Positions 10,110-20,574 of a stretch of DNA of 64,000 nucleotides are shown here, piece after piece. The notes below the pieces were generated by a model. That model did not search any database and was not told where the DNA came from. It saw nothing but the letters and a program-made list of their open reading frames with translations. Each line of letters starts with the position of its first letter. Position 1 is the first letter of the stretch. The position numbers were made by a program, and so were the translations under genes. Location: assembly GCA_964403155.1 (NCBI GenBank), contig CAYOEG010000001.1, positions 85,550 through 149,549 of the forward strand, read 5' to 3'. The stretch is from an uncultured Candidatus Saccharibacteria bacterium (GTDB lineage Bacteria; Patescibacteriota; Dojkabacteria; SC72).

Positions 10110-10892
10110 CTAATAATCTAGGTCTGTCCACACATTCTGGACATCATCATAATCTTCCAATTTCTCAATCCCCTCTTTTGCTTTCTCAAGTGCTTCACCT
10201 TGTAATTCTTTATATATCTTTGGCTCTTTAACAATCTCAGCTTCCTTCAAAACAAAACCTAATTTAGAAATAGCATCCCTAACCTGTGTCAACTGATTAT
10301 ATTCGGTATATACCTCAAACCCCTTTACCCCATCCATATCAATCTCATTAATATCAAGTATCCCAGAGATATCCATAAGCATCATTATCACTCCATCAGG
10401 ATCATCAGCGACAAAAGTATCCTCGCCACCAAACTTCTCAGATTTTTGCATATGACCAGACTTAATAACAATATAACCCTTAGTTTCAAAATTCCAACCT
10501 ACAGAACCTTCTGCTCCCATAGTTCCACCAATTTCTTCAAAAATTTGCCTTAATTCAGACACAGTCCTATTCTTGTTATCACTCAAAGTATCAACAATCA
10601 ACTGAATACCATGAGGACCAAATCCTTCATATGAGGCCTCTTCGAACACTATGCCACTATCCCCACCACCTACACCCTTTTCAATAGCTTTCTCAATTCT
10701 ATCCATCGGGAAACTAGCCTCTCTTGCCTTGTCAATATACAACCTTAAATTAGGATTCATATCAGGATTACCACCACCTTGTCTTGCTGCATGAGTTATC
10801 TGTGTTGAGAGCTTGGAAAATGCTTTTCCTTTTTTAGCATCATTCAATGCCTTCTTGTGTTTAATGGTATCCCACTTAGAATGTCCTGACAT
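10110..10892 (-). CDS. yebC: YebC/PmpR family protein
   Basis: MSGHSKWDTIKHKK, YEGFGP, DNKNRT, DDVQNV. Confidence 0.97.
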   Translation of the reverse strand: MSGHSKWDTIKHKKALNDAKKGKAFSKLSTQITHAARQGGGNPDMNPNLRLYIDKAREASFPMDRIEKAIEKGVGGGDSGIVFEEASYEGFGPHGIQLIVDTLSDNKNRTVSELRQIFEEIGGTMGAEGSVGWNFETKGYIVIKSGHMQKSEKFGGEDTFVADDPDGVIMMLMDISGILDINEIDMDGVKGFEVYTEYNQLTQVRDAISKLGFVLKEAEIVKEPKIYKELQGEALEKAKEGIEKLEDYDDVQNVWTDLDY

Positions 10893-10942
10893 ATATTACA
10901 ATCAATGTGAATTTAGACATCCCTATTCTACCACAAAAGCCT

Positions 10943-13468
10943 CTAAAGCTTTACTGTATACTTCTTTTTATCTTCTTCTTTCTTAGGCTCTACCTTCGGC
11001 TTCTCTTCAGTAACATCTTTTTTCGCATTATTCTCTTTTGGGGCATCCTCTTTCTTTGGCATAACAGATCTATTTCCCTTCTCACTGTAGGTTTGATTAC
11101 TCCATTTTTGGATTTTTTCCTCAATCTCCGCTCTATCCACACCATATTTTTCTCTTGATCGCTTTATAATTTCATCCTTACAATCAAACTTCTGATATCT
11201 CACAGGCAAAGATCTCCCGCTGAATGGTACAGATGTCATTCCATCTATACAAAGCTTAATATACAAAGCATGTGCATCCAGAGAGACCAAATCATCTGAT
11301 GACACCACTGGTGCGAATTCCTTTTCCAGTATAGAGGCATCTCCTTGGCTAACAACAAATGATCCCAAAGTCCCAACATTACCAAAGATAGCCTGCCTTA
11401 CTGTTAAAGGTAACTGATCAATATATTGGTTAGTCATTGTAAGATTCAAATGGTATTTTCTTGCCTCGGAAAGAATTTTTGCGAACGAATCTGTAGCAAA
11501 GTTCTGGAACTCATCAACATACAAGAAGAAATCCTTACGCTCTGACTCCGGCATATCTACTCTTTCCATTGCAGTTGCTTGAAGTCTAGTGATTATCATT
11601 CCACCAAGCAAAGAAGCCGTCTCCTCTCCTAACCTACCCTGGGCAAGATTGACCAACAAAATCTTCCTATTATCCATAATCTCTCTCAAGTCGATTGTAG
11701 ACTTCACCTGCCCTATTATATTTCTAGTAACCGCAGAAGACACAAACCTTCCAACTTTGTTCTGTATAGGTGCTACAGCCTCCGCAAGTAGCCTTGGATT
11801 TTGTGCCATCTGAGCAAACTCCTCCGTCCAGAATTTATACAATATTGGGTCATCTACCTGTTTTAATATAAATTTTCTATATGCGTTATCTGTAAGCATT
11901 CTTAAAATAGCCAGCAATGTAGTCCCTTGTGCTTCTAGAGCTGTGGCTGCCGCATTAGTAAGAATATATTGAAGCCTTGGGCCCCACGAATCACCAAACT
12001 GCTTTTTAAACACCTCCACTACTCCATCAGCTATTAGATCTCTTTGGGATTTGTCCTTTAATTCCAAGAGATTGAATCCAACAGGATGATCTACATCTGT
12101 AGGATTGAAATAGATGACATCATCTATACGATTAGGAGGGATATGATCCAACAAATCCTCTACCGTATCACCATGAGGATCTACAAAACATGCGCCATCC
12201 CCGGCTAGCACATCTGAGATGAACATGTTTTTAAAGACAGTCGATTTACCAACACCTGTTTTGCCCAAAAGATAGAAATGACGAGCACGATCAGCTCGTT
12301 TCAGACCAAATTGTACAGTAGCACCACGATAGTCTGTCTCACCAAATACAGTGACATCATCTTCTGTAGCCTTAGGCATATTCATAGGTGGTTCTAACTT
12401 CTTAGATCTACTCCATGCGATATTTGGCGTTTCAACAGAGATATTTGGCAAGTGATACAAAGATGCTAGTTCCTCAATATTAAGGATATCTGGTTCATCC
12501 TTATCCATATGTCTAATAACATACTCATCATATATCTCCTTCCCTGTTTTTGTTGGTTTAGAATGTACAAAGTTATTCAAGTGTGCAGTAGTAAACTGTT
12601 TAAAACTTGCTGCCACATCTCTAAGTATCTGTTCTGATCTCTCTTGTGTTCCTGCTTTTGTTACTACACGGATTTTAACTTCAAATCCAAGTTTCAGCAT
12701 TTTGGTTTCAATTTCTTTTAATTCTTCTTCTTGTCCTGGCTCTAATTTGACAACCTCTTTCTTTACAACAGTCTCACTAGCTGAAAGACTTTGCCCCATT
12801 TTCTTCAATGCTCCAGCAATTTTACTCAAGATAGATTCTCCATTAATATCTTTCCCTTCCCTAATTGCAGTGATATATTTTTTAGAGTTCTTCTGCCAGA
12901 TATTTGAAACTGGTCTAACAGAAATCTGTAACCACGCCTTCTCCCCTTTCGCGAGATCTGACATAGCTCCTGTTATTGCTGCCAAAGGATCTACTTCGAA
13001 ATTTCTAAATGTCTTTATTGGAAATATGGAGTCCTTCTCCATCTCTATCTCTCCACAGGTAACAAATGTATCTTCTTCTGCACCATTTCTTTCTGTGTAA
13101 TCATTCACATAGCTGATATCGGCATTAGGATACTGTGCATACATTTGACCCTCAACAAATTTTGCTAGATGCCTTGGAGTAACAACATAGAAGCGAATGC
13201 CATCTTCATCACTTGAGACAATCTCAAAACTAATAATGTCCTCACCTTTTACAGCATCTCCCAACACTCCATGTACTGATGCGAACATCTGTTCCGCTGC
13301 CAAAGCTGATTTATCGTTCTCTCTTGGGACAAGAATCTGTAACACAAGCGGACTTCGTATGTCTTCAAATACTTCTATCTCAAGCTTGTTAACCTTCTTA
13401 CCCCATATCAGAACGAAGGCTACAAAAGCTCCAGAGAACGCCAAAAGTATTAGCATGACGATAACCAT
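10943..13468 (-). CDS. Membrane-anchored VirD4/TraD/HerA-like (DUF87) ATPase
   Basis: N-terminal TM; Walker A GKTGVGKS, DPHGD, Walker B YVDEFQNF, LSEARKY. Confidence 0.88.
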   Translation of the reverse strand: MVIVMLILLAFSGAFVAFVLIWGKKVNKLEIEVFEDIRSPLVLQILVPRENDKSALAAEQMFASVHGVLGDAVKGEDIISFEIVSSDEDGIRFYVVTPRHLAKFVEGQMYAQYPNADISYVNDYTERNGAEEDTFVTCGEIEMEKDSIFPIKTFRNFEVDPLAAITGAMSDLAKGEKAWLQISVRPVSNIWQKNSKKYITAIREGKDINGESILSKIAGALKKMGQSLSASETVVKKEVVKLEPGQEEELKEIETKMLKLGFEVKIRVVTKAGTQERSEQILRDVAASFKQFTTAHLNNFVHSKPTKTGKEIYDEYVIRHMDKDEPDILNIEELASLYHLPNISVETPNIAWSRSKKLEPPMNMPKATEDDVTVFGETDYRGATVQFGLKRADRARHFYLLGKTGVGKSTVFKNMFISDVLAGDGACFVDPHGDTVEDLLDHIPPNRIDDVIYFNPTDVDHPVGFNLLELKDKSQRDLIADGVVEVFKKQFGDSWGPRLQYILTNAAATALEAQGTTLLAILRMLTDNAYRKFILKQVDDPILYKFWTEEFAQMAQNPRLLAEAVAPIQNKVGRFVSSAVTRNIIGQVKSTIDLREIMDNRKILLVNLAQGRLGEETASLLGGMIITRLQATAMERVDMPESERKDFFLYVDEFQNFATDSFAKILSEARKYHLNLTMTNQYIDQLPLTVRQAIFGNVGTLGSFVVSQGDASILEKEFAPVVSSDDLVSLDAHALYIKLCIDGMTSVPFSGRSLPVRYQKFDCKDEIIKRSREKYGVDRAEIEEKIQKWSNQTYSEKGNRSVMPKKEDAPKENNAKKDVTEEKPKVEPKKEEDKKKYTVKL

Positions 13469-13526
13469 ATCGAAATTGTAAAGTAAAAATGTTATTTAAT
13501 CAAATATATTTAATTCCTCCCTTACG

Positions 13527-13546
13527 GGGCAGACCTAGGTCTGCCC
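13527..13546. repeat. Dispersed perfect palindrome, copy 1
   Basis: GGGCAGACCTAGGTCTGCCC abutting the stop of the LCP gene. Confidence 0.9.
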
Positions 13547-14733
13547 TAGAAGCTATACATCTGCTGTATATCTTTTCCTAAAAGGACTACGATATCACCT
13601 GTGGTCATAAAAGCTGGTCTTCCCTCTGTCAAATCAAAGCTTCCCGAGAGGATTTCTGTCACTATTTCCAATGAATTTTTATAATTTTCTTTATCCGAGA
13701 CATAGACCACAGTGCGTTCGGTCGTACTTGGAGCGTTTTCATACCTCACTACATCACAACCTGAATTTTCTATCTTTCTTCCAAATTGTTTTGCAGCTCC
13801 TGCAACTCCACTACCGTTATATACCTCGACTCTTACACGTTCTTTTTCCAGAGCTCTGTCAACCACTTTTGAAATTAAATCTCTGTAAACAGTATCGAAT
13901 TCTGTTGTATTTAAATATCTAATCTGGCCACCACTACTTGATAGATCTTCTGTCGAATATCTGTAATATGACAGATCTATGCCATATGTTTCAGTTTTGG
14001 CAATCTGACTATTAAATGTCTCCCAGAATGAAAGGTACTGTCTGAATGACATATTACTAAAAACAGTACTTTGCGCCTTAAGCATTGGACTTAGATGAGT
14101 CATATTATCAACCGCCGAATACTTTGAGGCAAACATATTTAATTTATAGAAAGAATCGCCTAAGGTATCGGAATCAACAGTTTTGAAATACTCTCGGAAC
14201 TTATCCTCTACCCCACTGAAGTCACCATACATTTGGGAGTAATTTGTAACACCCTCTGGAGAAAACCATATGTATCTATCAACTTTTGTACCCAACATTT
14301 GCCCGATTTGCCAAATAGCATATTCCACTCCCCTTCCCTCCTGCAGGAAATCTCCTGCATATCTAAATGATGACAAAGCGATACTATTCCCGAAGTCTTC
14401 TTCAAGTCCCGAAAAATACATCCACCCAGGAACATATATTAAGATGGATTCCTTCTTGCTTTGATTAGTTAAAAAAAGAAATATCTCAGATATTTTCTGA
14501 TTGGATTCACCTCCTCCCTCTATAACTACAAGTGTTTTTTCAAAGTCCCCAGAGGATTTAGAGAGTAAATATTGGTGTGACCCATTTTGTTTTGTAGGGT
14601 CGTCAAATTTTGCTGACAAAACAAGAATTAAATATGTTGAGAAAAAGAGAATAATTAAAAGAAGAGCTGCATATACAAGTATTTTGCTCCAATTGATATG
14701 GGTTGTTTTTTTTGACTTCGTTTTTTTCCTCAT
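13546..14733 (-). CDS. LCP-like protein with LytR C-terminal domain
   Basis: Basic N-terminus plus TM; C-terminal VEVYNGSGVAGAA...DIVVLLGKD. Confidence 0.82.
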   Translation of the reverse strand: MRKKTKSKKTTHINWSKILVYAALLLIILFFSTYLILVLSAKFDDPTKQNGSHQYLLSKSSGDFEKTLVVIEGGGESNQKISEIFLFLTNQSKKESILIYVPGWMYFSGLEEDFGNSIALSSFRYAGDFLQEGRGVEYAIWQIGQMLGTKVDRYIWFSPEGVTNYSQMYGDFSGVEDKFREYFKTVDSDTLGDSFYKLNMFASKYSAVDNMTHLSPMLKAQSTVFSNMSFRQYLSFWETFNSQIAKTETYGIDLSYYRYSTEDLSSSGGQIRYLNTTEFDTVYRDLISKVVDRALEKERVRVEVYNGSGVAGAAKQFGRKIENSGCDVVRYENAPSTTERTVVYVSDKENYKNSLEIVTEILSGSFDLTEGRPAFMTTGDIVVLLGKDIQQMYSF

Positions 14734-15698
14734 TTTAACCTATATATAGCTAACCTACCGGAGGGTTCTTCAAATGATAGGGATATTGATTCCAAAGCAA
14801 TTGCTTCTGGAGTCCCCTCGCCTTTCAATGTTTTAAATAAAGTATCCCCCTCTATATGTACTCTGAAATATTCTAGTGATGCTCTAATTTGATACATTCT
14901 CCCAGTTTTAATAACAACCAAGACTTCATCTTTACTTAAGAATCTAAAATATGAGAGTGCATATTTCGCATTATCAAATGGGTATGGTTTGAAAGTCATT
15001 TTTCTTCTATTAATACTACTCCTACCTATATACCCTTCTACTTTCAGCCATTCGGTCCCTAACTCTTGGGTCCTGACAAAATCATCTATCACCTCTGTCG
15101 CAGAAATCTTCGTTTTTGGGAGCTTTTCAAAAACCTCTTTACTAGTGTTCTCCTTCAATACTACTTTGGCATAATACATTTTTTGCACATTATGTTTTTC
15201 AAATTGTTTTTGGAGATATTTTTGAGTTTCAGAATTTTTGGCAAAAAGCATCAACCCAGATACTGGTTTATCTAATCTATGAACAACTCCTGCCCTGTCC
15301 ATGGTAGAGTCATACCCTCCCTTCTTTGTTAGATATCCTGCGACATAGTTAGCTAATGTATCTTTTGGATTACCTACACCTGGGTGTGCAGAGATTCCCT
15401 TTGGCTTGTTTATGACAATATACGAGTCAGATTCGTAGATAATATTAAGAGGATAATCTTGCGGAATGATCTTGTCATATGTTGTTTCAGAAAGGAGCTT
15501 TTCAATATCTTCCTCTTTCACAGACACGTTATCCCCTACCTTTAACTTGCACGATGGCTTACTTTCTTTACCATTAATCGATACTAACTCTGTCCAGTTT
15601 TTCGCGAGAAAGCTTCTACTGTGTACATTAAAATGTTCACAGATGAATGTATCCGCTCTTTTATTTTCATCTTCTTTACCAACTTGGACAGTACTCAT
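14730..15698 (-). CDS. RluA/RluD family pseudouridine synthase
   Basis: S4-like N-terminus, INKPKG, VHRLD, TGRMYQIR. Confidence 0.92.
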   Translation of the reverse strand: MSTVQVGKEDENKRADTFICEHFNVHSRSFLAKNWTELVSINGKESKPSCKLKVGDNVSVKEEDIEKLLSETTYDKIIPQDYPLNIIYESDSYIVINKPKGISAHPGVGNPKDTLANYVAGYLTKKGGYDSTMDRAGVVHRLDKPVSGLMLFAKNSETQKYLQKQFEKHNVQKMYYAKVVLKENTSKEVFEKLPKTKISATEVIDDFVRTQELGTEWLKVEGYIGRSSINRRKMTFKPYPFDNAKYALSYFRFLSKDEVLVVIKTGRMYQIRASLEYFRVHIEGDTLFKTLKGEGTPEAIALESISLSFEEPSGRLAIYRLK

Positions 15699-15701
15699 AT
15701 G

Positions 15702-16529
15702 TTATTTAATTGGAGATTTAAATGAATGACTGATACCAATCTCTCTTACTGAGGAGACTTTTTCTATTACAACATTCGCCTTCTTCAAATCCCGCACGAA
15801 GAGTATTAGGCCAATGAGATCCCAACCGAAGAATATATAAATCGTTATCTGTTCGTATATATTCAGCTCTCCAGATAGATAGATATACCCTATTATTGCT
15901 GTAGAAAGACATAGCAGGATTACATTGATAACAAGATATATCCTTTTTTCTGCAATAGGTTTCTGCATTTTGTTTACCAAATTTATGAAAAACATCGATA
16001 TAATTGGGAATATCAGCAATATGCTTCCTTGTAAAACCCATTCCCCGTTTGAGCCATTAAGGCCTAGCAAGATGAAAGAGAAAGCTAGCATAGCCTCTCC
16101 AGAGAAATATATTGTTGGGAACATCTGCCCCCATCTCCACTTCTTTATTCTCGAAGACCAGAAGCCTGCAGATACAAGATATGTTACAAACATTGAAAGG
16201 ATGTTCAATCCTCCATCAAATATATTCAAAAATCTCCAAGGTAAGAGTCTGAACCAATATACCTGATCACCATATTTTTCATATGGTAGCCAATACCATA
16301 TATAACCAGAGAAATCATCATAGTTAGAAGCTATATATATCACTCTTCCAATTAAGAAACCTAAGAATATAGAAACAAGAAACAGATCAAATGTAGAAGA
16401 TCGATCTTTACGTGTCTCCATTGCTCCTCTCCAACAAATAAACATTCCGAGGATAACGACACAGAGAAAAAGCACAGAAGGGCTGAATGTTGAAAACAAT
16501 TGATATATCCAATTAACAATACTGTCCAC
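15702..16529 (-). CDS. Lgt-like membrane protein (divergent)
   Basis: About 7 TM; GFLIGRVIY and DGGL resemble Lgt motifs; HPxQLY motif not seen. Confidence 0.5.
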   Translation of the reverse strand: MDSIVNWIYQLFSTFSPSVLFLCVVILGMFICWRGAMETRKDRSSTFDLFLVSIFLGFLIGRVIYIASNYDDFSGYIWYWLPYEKYGDQVYWFRLLPWRFLNIFDGGLNILSMFVTYLVSAGFWSSRIKKWRWGQMFPTIYFSGEAMLAFSFILLGLNGSNGEWVLQGSILLIFPIISMFFINLVNKMQKPIAEKRIYLVINVILLCLSTAIIGYIYLSGELNIYEQITIYIFFGWDLIGLILFVRDLKKANVVIEKVSSVREIGISHSFKSPIK

Positions 16530-16574
16530 CGTATCTACATAAAAATTTATACAGTAGTATATGATATCACAGTA

Positions 16575-17294
16575 TTAATGCTTTTTATTCTTCTTTTTCT
16601 TTTTGTTATTTTTCTTACTGTTTACAACATCCTTCTCTGGTTCAACCTTTTTCTGGAACTTACTAATGAAGGCTTCATAGCCATGTATTAGGGATGCTCC
16701 CAATTTTACTGTTAAACTTCTTTTCTTAGTGCTGTATCTTGTTTGCTCTGATTCTACAACTTTTGCAGCCTCTTCTTTTGAAGCTTGGATCTGTTGCTCC
16801 ATTACCTCTTTAGAAGGAGCTTGTTCTTCCACTACTACATCTGCCACTACTTTCTGACCACAAAAAGCACAGTACTCACTATCCTTCTCGATGTACATAC
16901 CGCATGCTCTACATTTATTCTTTATCTCCAATCCACACTTAGGGCAGAATGTGTAACCTGGGTATAGCTGAGCACCACACTTTATACAATCCCCCAACTC
17001 TGCTGTCTCATATTTAAGATATCTTCTTTCTAGATCTGCCCAATATATCTGCTCTATTGTTTGGGATGGTCTAACTATCAAGTAGATTATCCATCCAAAG
17101 ATGTTTAGGAAAAGAACTAAAAGTACATATATTACCCTGGCCTTTTTATTTGTAGTTCTCTCACCAGAGTCCATCCATACCCAATCTAATACAACAATCC
17201 AAAAAACAACGAATATCAAAATAAAGACTTTTGATACGATTTGAAAGTTAATTTGTCCCACACCATTGAGCAGATTAAGCAAGAAATCTTCCAT
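16575..17294 (-). CDS. Membrane protein with double zinc ribbon
   Basis: Two TM then CIKC, CPKC, CRAC, CAFC. Confidence 0.85.
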   Translation of the reverse strand: MEDFLLNLLNGVGQINFQIVSKVFILIFVVFWIVVLDWVWMDSGERTTNKKARVIYVLLVLFLNIFGWIIYLIVRPSQTIEQIYWADLERRYLKYETAELGDCIKCGAQLYPGYTFCPKCGLEIKNKCRACGMYIEKDSEYCAFCGQKVVADVVVEEQAPSKEVMEQQIQASKEEAAKVVESEQTRYSTKKRSLTVKLGASLIHGYEAFISKFQKKVEPEKDVVNSKKNNKKKKKNKKH

Positions 17295-17318
17295 ATTTGC
17301 CTAATAAAAATTGTAATA

Positions 17319-17402
17319 TGGTCGGGGAGGGAGTTGAACCCTCATGCTATTGCTAGCACGGGATTTTGAGTCCCGCGTGTCTGCCAGTTCCACCACTCGA
17401 CC
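17319..17402 (-). tRNA. tRNA-Leu(CAA), CCA end not encoded
   Basis: GGTCGAGTGGTGGAACTGGCAGAC...CGGGA-CTCAAAA-TCCCG, long variable arm, GAGGG-TTCAACT-CCCTC, CCCGACC-A. Confidence 0.95.
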
Positions 17403-17466
17403 TTAGTGATGGTATTATACAAGATATTATTGATATATTGAAGACTTTAGGATGTTTTTATCTTGC

Positions 17467-17488
17467 AGGGTAGACCTAGGTCTGCCCT
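17467..17488. repeat. Dispersed palindrome, copy 2 (one mismatch)
   Basis: AGGGTAGACCTAGGTCTGCCCT between dnaB stop and tRNA-Leu. Confidence 0.88.
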
Positions 17489-17503
17489 CAAAACACGAGG
17501 AAC

Positions 17504-18823
17504 CTACTTCTCCCCTTTATAAAGGTTTCGGAAGCTCGCAATTTCATTTACAAATGCAAGTTTAATAACTCCGGTTGGACCATTCCTATGTTTTGCCACC
17601 ACTAACTCCCCTAACCCCTTATTCTCTGTATCTGGATTCCATGTTTCTTCCCTATCTATGAACATTACTACATCTGCATCCTGCTCGATAGATCCAGATT
17701 CTCTAAGATCAGACAACTGAGGTCTTCTTCCCTGTCTCTGTTCTACTGCACGATTTAACTGGGAAAGTGCAATTACTGGGACATTTAGTTCCTTTGCGAT
17801 ATTTTTCAATCCCTGAGATATCTCTGTAACTTCCAAGGTTCTACTTTCAGTGCTACTACCATGCATAAGCTGAAGGTAGTCTACAAAGATCATGTCTAAG
17901 CCATGCTCCAAAGCAAGCCTTCTAGCTTTTGTCCTAATAGCATTAATATGCTGTCCTGCCTGGTCATCAATGAAGATATTCGTATCACCAAACTCTCCCA
18001 TTGTTTCTGCTAACTTCATCAATTTCTTGTCACTTAATCTACCAGTTCTAATTTCCCAGAAAGGAATACCTGACTGCATACCGATAAGCCTATCCATAAT
18101 CTGTGTCTTAGACATTTCCAAAGAGAAGAAAGCCACTGTCTTTTTCTCAACCATCGCAGCATGTCTCATCATATCTAAAGCCAAAGATGTTTTTCCAACG
18201 GATGGCCTTGCAGCAAGAATAATTAAGTCAGACTTCTGGAAGCCTCCGAGAAGATCATCCAAATCTTTAAATCCTGTTGATATTCCAAGGTAAGCTTCAT
18301 CATTATCCGCTCTCTCCGCTCTTTCATATGCTTCTTTAAGCAAATCTTTGATGTGTACGAAATTACTTTTAGTTCCAGACTGGGCCACATCAAAAATTTT
18401 CTTTTCGGATTGATCCATCACAGTATCAATCTTCATCGATTCATTGAATGCGAGTTCCGTAATATCTCTTGATGCAGTAATTAACCCTCTTCTTGTAGCA
18501 CTCTCCTTAACAATTGCGCCATATTCCTCTGCATGTGCCGAAGTTGGGACCATAGCAACAAGATCTGCAAGATATGTTTTTCCTCCTATTTTAGCCAACT
18601 GTTTTTTCTTTTTAAAAAGGTCTGATAGTGTTACTAAATCTATTGGAAGCGCATCATTAAAAAGTTCCAAAATCCCAGCATAAATAATTCCATTTCTTTC
18701 ATCATAGAAATGATCTGGAAGAAGCCAACCAGAGACAGCAATTACGGCATCCTTATCTATTAACATAGACCCTATGAGTGATTGTTCTGCTTCTAAGTTT
18801 TGTGGCGGGACTTTTTCTACCAT
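17504..18823 (-). CDS. dnaB: Replicative DNA helicase
   Basis: PPQNLEAEQ, AARPSVGKT, VDYLQL, SQLNR, SDLRESGSIEQDAD, KHRNGP. Confidence 0.98.
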   Translation of the reverse strand: MVEKVPPQNLEAEQSLIGSMLIDKDAVIAVSGWLLPDHFYDERNGIIYAGILELFNDALPIDLVTLSDLFKKKKQLAKIGGKTYLADLVAMVPTSAHAEEYGAIVKESATRRGLITASRDITELAFNESMKIDTVMDQSEKKIFDVAQSGTKSNFVHIKDLLKEAYERAERADNDEAYLGISTGFKDLDDLLGGFQKSDLIILAARPSVGKTSLALDMMRHAAMVEKKTVAFFSLEMSKTQIMDRLIGMQSGIPFWEIRTGRLSDKKLMKLAETMGEFGDTNIFIDDQAGQHINAIRTKARRLALEHGLDMIFVDYLQLMHGSSTESRTLEVTEISQGLKNIAKELNVPVIALSQLNRAVEQRQGRRPQLSDLRESGSIEQDADVVMFIDREETWNPDTENKGLGELVVAKHRNGPTGVIKLAFVNEIASFRNLYKGEK

Positions 18824-18831
18824 TTAATTAT

Positions 18832-19479
18832 TTACAAAAATATTACTTCAACACTCTGTTGATCTTCTTCGTCAACTTTCTTCTTCGTAACATTGATATA
18901 TCCCTCTTCTCTTACATTGGCAAATCCAAAATGTTTTATGAATTCTTCTTTGCTCTTTAATGTATTACCTTTAGGACCATCCTCTGCATATGCGCATGGT
19001 AATAATACTGCAGGATCTACATCAGAAATTACTTTTTCCATAGTATCAAAATCCATGAAATTTACTCCATCTCCCACTGGTAGAATTAATACATCGACAT
19101 CTCCAACATTTTTAATGTTTGCAGGATCAAAATTCTTTCCAGTACCACCAAGATATACGACCCTAAGATTATTCTCATCGATAATATAGACATCAGAGTC
19201 TAAATCTCTTCTAACCATTAATCCCCCTATTTCAAATTCCCCGGAAGAACTAATTTCTATGATTTTCTCCCTATGCTCTGGTACAACTTTCCCATCTAAT
19301 TTTGTATCTTTCAATATACTTTCCTTGATCTCTTTCTCATAATTAGTAACAGCTATGATATCCGCACTTGTTTTGGGGAAACTTACCCCAGATTCAGATA
19401 ACAGAATAGGATCTGTTATTGCAGAGATATTCGCATTTGAGATTAGGAAGCTTGTCCAACCAATTTTCTTGATTTTCAT
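18832..19479 (-). CDS. MBL-fold (Lactamase_B_3-like) protein, metal ligands degenerate
   Basis: IKKIGWTSFLI, ITDP, VDVLILPVG layout; no HxHxDH. Confidence 0.65.
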   Translation of the reverse strand: MKIKKIGWTSFLISNANISAITDPILLSESGVSFPKTSADIIAVTNYEKEIKESILKDTKLDGKVVPEHREKIIEISSSGEFEIGGLMVRRDLDSDVYIIDENNLRVVYLGGTGKNFDPANIKNVGDVDVLILPVGDGVNFMDFDTMEKVISDVDPAVLLPCAYAEDGPKGNTLKSKEEFIKHFGFANVREEGYINVTKKKVDEEDQQSVEVIFL

Positions 19480-19548
19480 ATATTCTAGTATTTAATTTAC
19501 GTTATTACTTAGTATATCAGATTTCTTCTGGGGCAGTAGAAGAAACTA

Positions 19549-19767
19549 TTAGGATAACCCTAATGATTTTTTAACGTCTTCTACAAGAGAATTCTTCATC
19601 TCTTGTTTGATCATTTCTACTTTTAGACTTTCCATTGAGGATATACATGCTTGTAGTTGTGTCATTACTTTTGTATCTGTTTCTCCTTCCATTATCATTT
19701 TCTTTACACCTTTTACCTGTCCTTCTACTCTACTGATTCTATTTTGTATTACCTTTGGATATGTCAT
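19549..19767 (-). CDS. CsoR/RcnR/FrmR family regulator
   Basis: NRISRVEGQVKGVKKMI...QLQA; start placed at ATG 19767, 6 nt after TATACT. Confidence 0.85.
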   Translation of the reverse strand: MTYPKVIQNRISRVEGQVKGVKKMIMEGETDTKVMTQLQACISSMESLKVEMIKQEMKNSLVEDVKKSLGLS

Positions 19768-19816
19768 TGTAAAAGTATATGGGAAAGATATGGGGAGTGC
19801 AATATTGTTTGCTTTC

Positions 19817-19848
19817 ATAGGGGAACAGACACTTGTTTGTTCCCCTAT
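19817..19848 (-). terminator. 3' hairpin of orphan gene
   Basis: ataggggaacagac / gtttgttcccctat inverted repeat. Confidence 0.6.
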
Positions 19849-19872
19849 TTGGGCAGACTTTATTATGGTAAA

Positions 19873-20574
19873 TTAAAGATCTAATTTCTTTCTTTTTGAA
19901 AGTTTGATGAGGAATTCCCCAGCTTCACGATATGCGAATCTCTTCCATTCGGTAGGACATTTCTCAAGGAAATTGATCCAGGCAGGGACATCTTCTAATG
20001 TCTCAATCCACATTTTTACAGCCTTGAGCTTCTTTGTAACCCTCACAACATCTGGAATTACCGAATCAAAGTTTTCGAAATCCATATCCAAGAGAAAAAC
20101 AATCTTCTCCCACAAAAGATCTCTTCCTTCAACCCGAAGCTCATACAGGTCCAATAACTCATGCATTATCAGTCCATGCTTTCGGGTCTTAAGAAGATAA
20201 AGACAACGATTATACGCTGATAGGCCGGCCTCCGTACCTTTGACTTCTTTTGCAACGAAACAGCAGAAGTTGAAATCACTTGAAGGGGGATTTTGCTCTA
20301 GCCAAAATGTTTCCTTAGTCCAATCGTACAACATTTTAAGAATGTAAGTACGACCTCCATCAGCCAGTTCCAATATTTTGGTACGAGCCTTTATCTTATT
20401 CTCCTCCGAGAGATTGTTCCAGATTCCGTAAACGAAATCTTGGATATATTCACGATTCAATTTATCTATAAGAAAACTATAGATTTTTTCTTTTTCTACT
20501 TCGTTTTTCTCCTTTCTTGCAAAATTCCAAAGCGTTGGGAATGACCAATTCTCGTAATCTCTTTTTTTGAACAT
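19873..20574 (-). CDS. Orphan hypothetical protein, SD-led, helical
   Basis: 233 aa ORF; AGGAGG 6 nt before ATG. Confidence 0.75.
   Translation of the reverse strand: MFKKRDYENWSFPTLWNFARKEKNEVEKEKIYSFLIDKLNREYIQDFVYGIWNNLSEENKIKARTKILELADGGRTYILKMLYDWTKETFWLEQNPPSSDFNFCCFVAKEVKGTEAGLSAYNRCLYLLKTRKHGLIMHELLDLYELRVEGRDLLWEKIVFLLDMDFENFDSVIPDVVRVTKKLKAVKMWIETLEDVPAWINFLEKCPTEWKRFAYREAGEFLIKLSKRKKLDL

Noticed and set aside
10943-13468. Conjugative element or ICE
   Set aside because: No relaxase, VirB4/VirB genes or att sites; embedded among housekeeping genes
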